A model generated the notes under the pieces. That model did not search any database and was not told the DNA's origin. It saw only the letters and a program-made list of their open reading frames with translations. Both the position numbers and the translations under genes were made by a program. DNA of 58,882 bases from a bacterium (GTDB taxonomy: Bacteria > Armatimonadota > Chthonomonadetes > Chthonomonadales > Chthonomonadaceae), in the NCBI GenBank assembly GCA_900299305.1, contig OMJJ01000119.1, positions 1 through 58,882 on the forward strand, written 5' to 3'. This document shows positions 57,562-58,882 of this stretch, one piece after another (the first letter of the stretch is position 1; each line of letters opens with the position of its first letter).

Positions 57562-58677
57562 CTAGTTTTTTTTACGGGCTTCTATCGCCTTGTAAATCAC
57601 ATCGTCCCATACCGCTAATATCGCCGGAGTACTGAATCTTTCGCGCACGTCGGGGGCATGAGAGGCGAGCAATGCCCGTTTTTCGGGGTCGTTCATCAGG
57701 GTATCGAGTGCCTGTGCGAGTGCCGCCTCGTCTTTGGGGGGTAGGAGAATACCGTCGTAGTCGGGGCGAATGAGTTCACTAGGGCCACTGGGGCAGTCGA
57801 AACTAATCACGGCACACCCTACCGCCATCGCCTCTAGCAGAGCGTTGGGAAACCCCTCCACCCAAGAGGAGAGTACAAATATCTCCGATTCGCGTAGCCT
57901 GTCGAATGGTTCGAGGGTCTGCCCCGGCAGTTGAATACGCGCCTCCATTCCTAATGCGCGTACCTGTGCCTCTAACTCTCCGCGTAGCCCCCCCTCTCCG
58001 TAGATAACAAGAGACCAGTCGGGATGTTTTTTCGCCACTTTACTAAAAGCGTTTATGAGTACGCCAAATCCCTTTTCAGAGCGTAGGCTTCCCAACGCCA
58101 TAACGCGCTTTTGGGGAGAGGTGTTCGGCTCTCGCGGTTTGAGGAGAGCGGGGGAGAGGGTGATGGGGTTTGCTATTACGCGCACCCGCTTCCGAATCTC
58201 CTCCGAAAAGTAGTGGCTAGAACGCTCTGTCTGCATTACGAGGCAGTCGGCTTTGGCGTAGGTTTTGTTGCGTAGGTACTCCCACACCTTCCCAATAGAG
58301 CGTTGGGCAGGGTCGGTGCGTTCGGAGACGATAACGGGGTAGGAGTAGGGTTTCATGGCAAGGAGAGTAAGCACGTTATTGCGCGACATGAACGAGATAA
58401 CCACATCGGGCTTCGTCTCCAAAATTGCCTTGCGTAGCACCCGCACCCGCACCATCATGGCAAACAAGCCCACAATCGGGTTTGGCGACGACTTCTCTAT
58501 ATCCAGACAGCGGTGCTTAATGGCGGGGTGCAGGGTATAGTTGGGAGTGGCTTTGCCGTCATCTATGGTTAGCAGGGTGACAGTCTCGCCGCGCTCTGCC
58601 CACGCATTGAGCAGAACCGTTGCGACACGTGCCGCCCCGCCGCCATGTAGCCCTTCACAAAAGAGGGTAATTCGCAT
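57562..58677 (-). CDS. Glycosyltransferase family 4 (GT-B fold)
   Basis: MRITLFCEGLHGGGAARV N-terminus and C-terminal E(x7)E-type region (SSWVEGFPNALLEAMAVGCAVIS). Confidence 0.85.
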   Translation of the reverse strand: MRITLFCEGLHGGGAARVATVLLNAWAERGETVTLLTIDDGKATPNYTLHPAIKHRCLDIEKSSPNPIVGLFAMMVRVRVLRKAILETKPDVVISFMSRNNVLTLLAMKPYSYPVIVSERTDPAQRSIGKVWEYLRNKTYAKADCLVMQTERSSHYFSEEIRKRVRVIANPITLSPALLKPREPNTSPQKRVMALGSLRSEKGFGVLINAFSKVAKKHPDWSLVIYGEGGLRGELEAQVRALGMEARIQLPGQTLEPFDRLRESEIFVLSSWVEGFPNALLEAMAVGCAVISFDCPSGPSELIRPDYDGILLPPKDEAALAQALDTLMNDPEKRALLASHAPDVRERFSTPAILAVWDDVIYKAIEARKKN

Positions 58678-58735
58678 AAAAAACCGTTTCTAACTCATGT
58701 TAGGCACTCGCCCTCATTCTGTCCTTGCAGGACAT

Positions 58736-58866
58736 CTTTCCCCCAAGTTTGGGGGAAAGAGAGAATAGAGAGGTATGCTCGTTATGAGCAAGGTATACCT
58801 GTGCCAAAAGGCTGGAACCTTACTACACATTGCATTCGCCTCTTCGCCCAAACTTGGGAGAAGAGG
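58736..58866. repeat. Pair of related palindromic hairpin elements in inverted orientation
   Basis: CTTTCCCCCAAGTTTGGGGGAAAG (58736-58759). The reverse complement of 58839-58866 is CCTCTTCTCCCAAGTTTGGGCGAAGAGG. Both share the CCCAAGTTTGGG core. Confidence 0.4.
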
Positions 58867-58882
58867 TTGGTGATGAGGGCTA

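Noticed and set aside
1-58882. CRISPR arrays, rRNA, tRNA genes, integrases or intact transposases.
   Set aside because: I scanned the intergenic regions by eye. I found no regularly spaced direct repeats, no cloverleaf-like tRNA candidates and no recombinase-like ORFs. A tRNAscan/Infernal run would be needed to be certain.

Overview
58.9 kb of bacterial chromosome at roughly 50% GC by eye. Marker families (a prepilin-type DUF1559-like protein, a PSCyt/DUF1549/DUF1553 protein, many secreted beta-propeller proteins) suggest a PVC-group or Armatimonadota-like organism, but the phylum is only a guess. The left edge is the conserved translation cluster rpsP, KH protein, rimM, trmD, rplS, lepB (two copies), rnhB, yraN-like. 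Other housekeeping genes are mnmG, rnz, queG, uvrC and an RNase P RNA (rnpB) that the ORF track covers with spurious ORFs. The main finding is a tightly coupled eight-gene minus-strand operon (12748-24913). It encodes a zinc-ribbon/beta-propeller protein, a vWA membrane protein, a small membrane protein, a 1085-aa tubulin/FtsZ-like GTPase with an exact GGGTGSG signature, a membrane-anchored trypsin-like protease, a zinc-ribbon Hsp70-like ATPase, and two paralogous membrane-anchored coiled-coil proteins with GrpE-like C-termini. An AT-rich region separates it from a divergently transcribed, apparently lower-GC islet (about 24.9-30.5 kb). The islet carries a fused HNH-like/ABC-type ATPase (Septu PtuB+PtuA-like), an HTH protein and a SARP/BTAD-like large protein. 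Also present are a GNAT/DUF1778-type (TacT/TacA-like) toxin-antitoxin pair and an orphan about 200-nt transcription unit with a near-consensus promoter and strong terminator (candidate sRNA). I saw no CRISPR array, rRNA, tRNA, integrase or intact transposase. All calls rest on visual motif recognition, with no searches or computations run.
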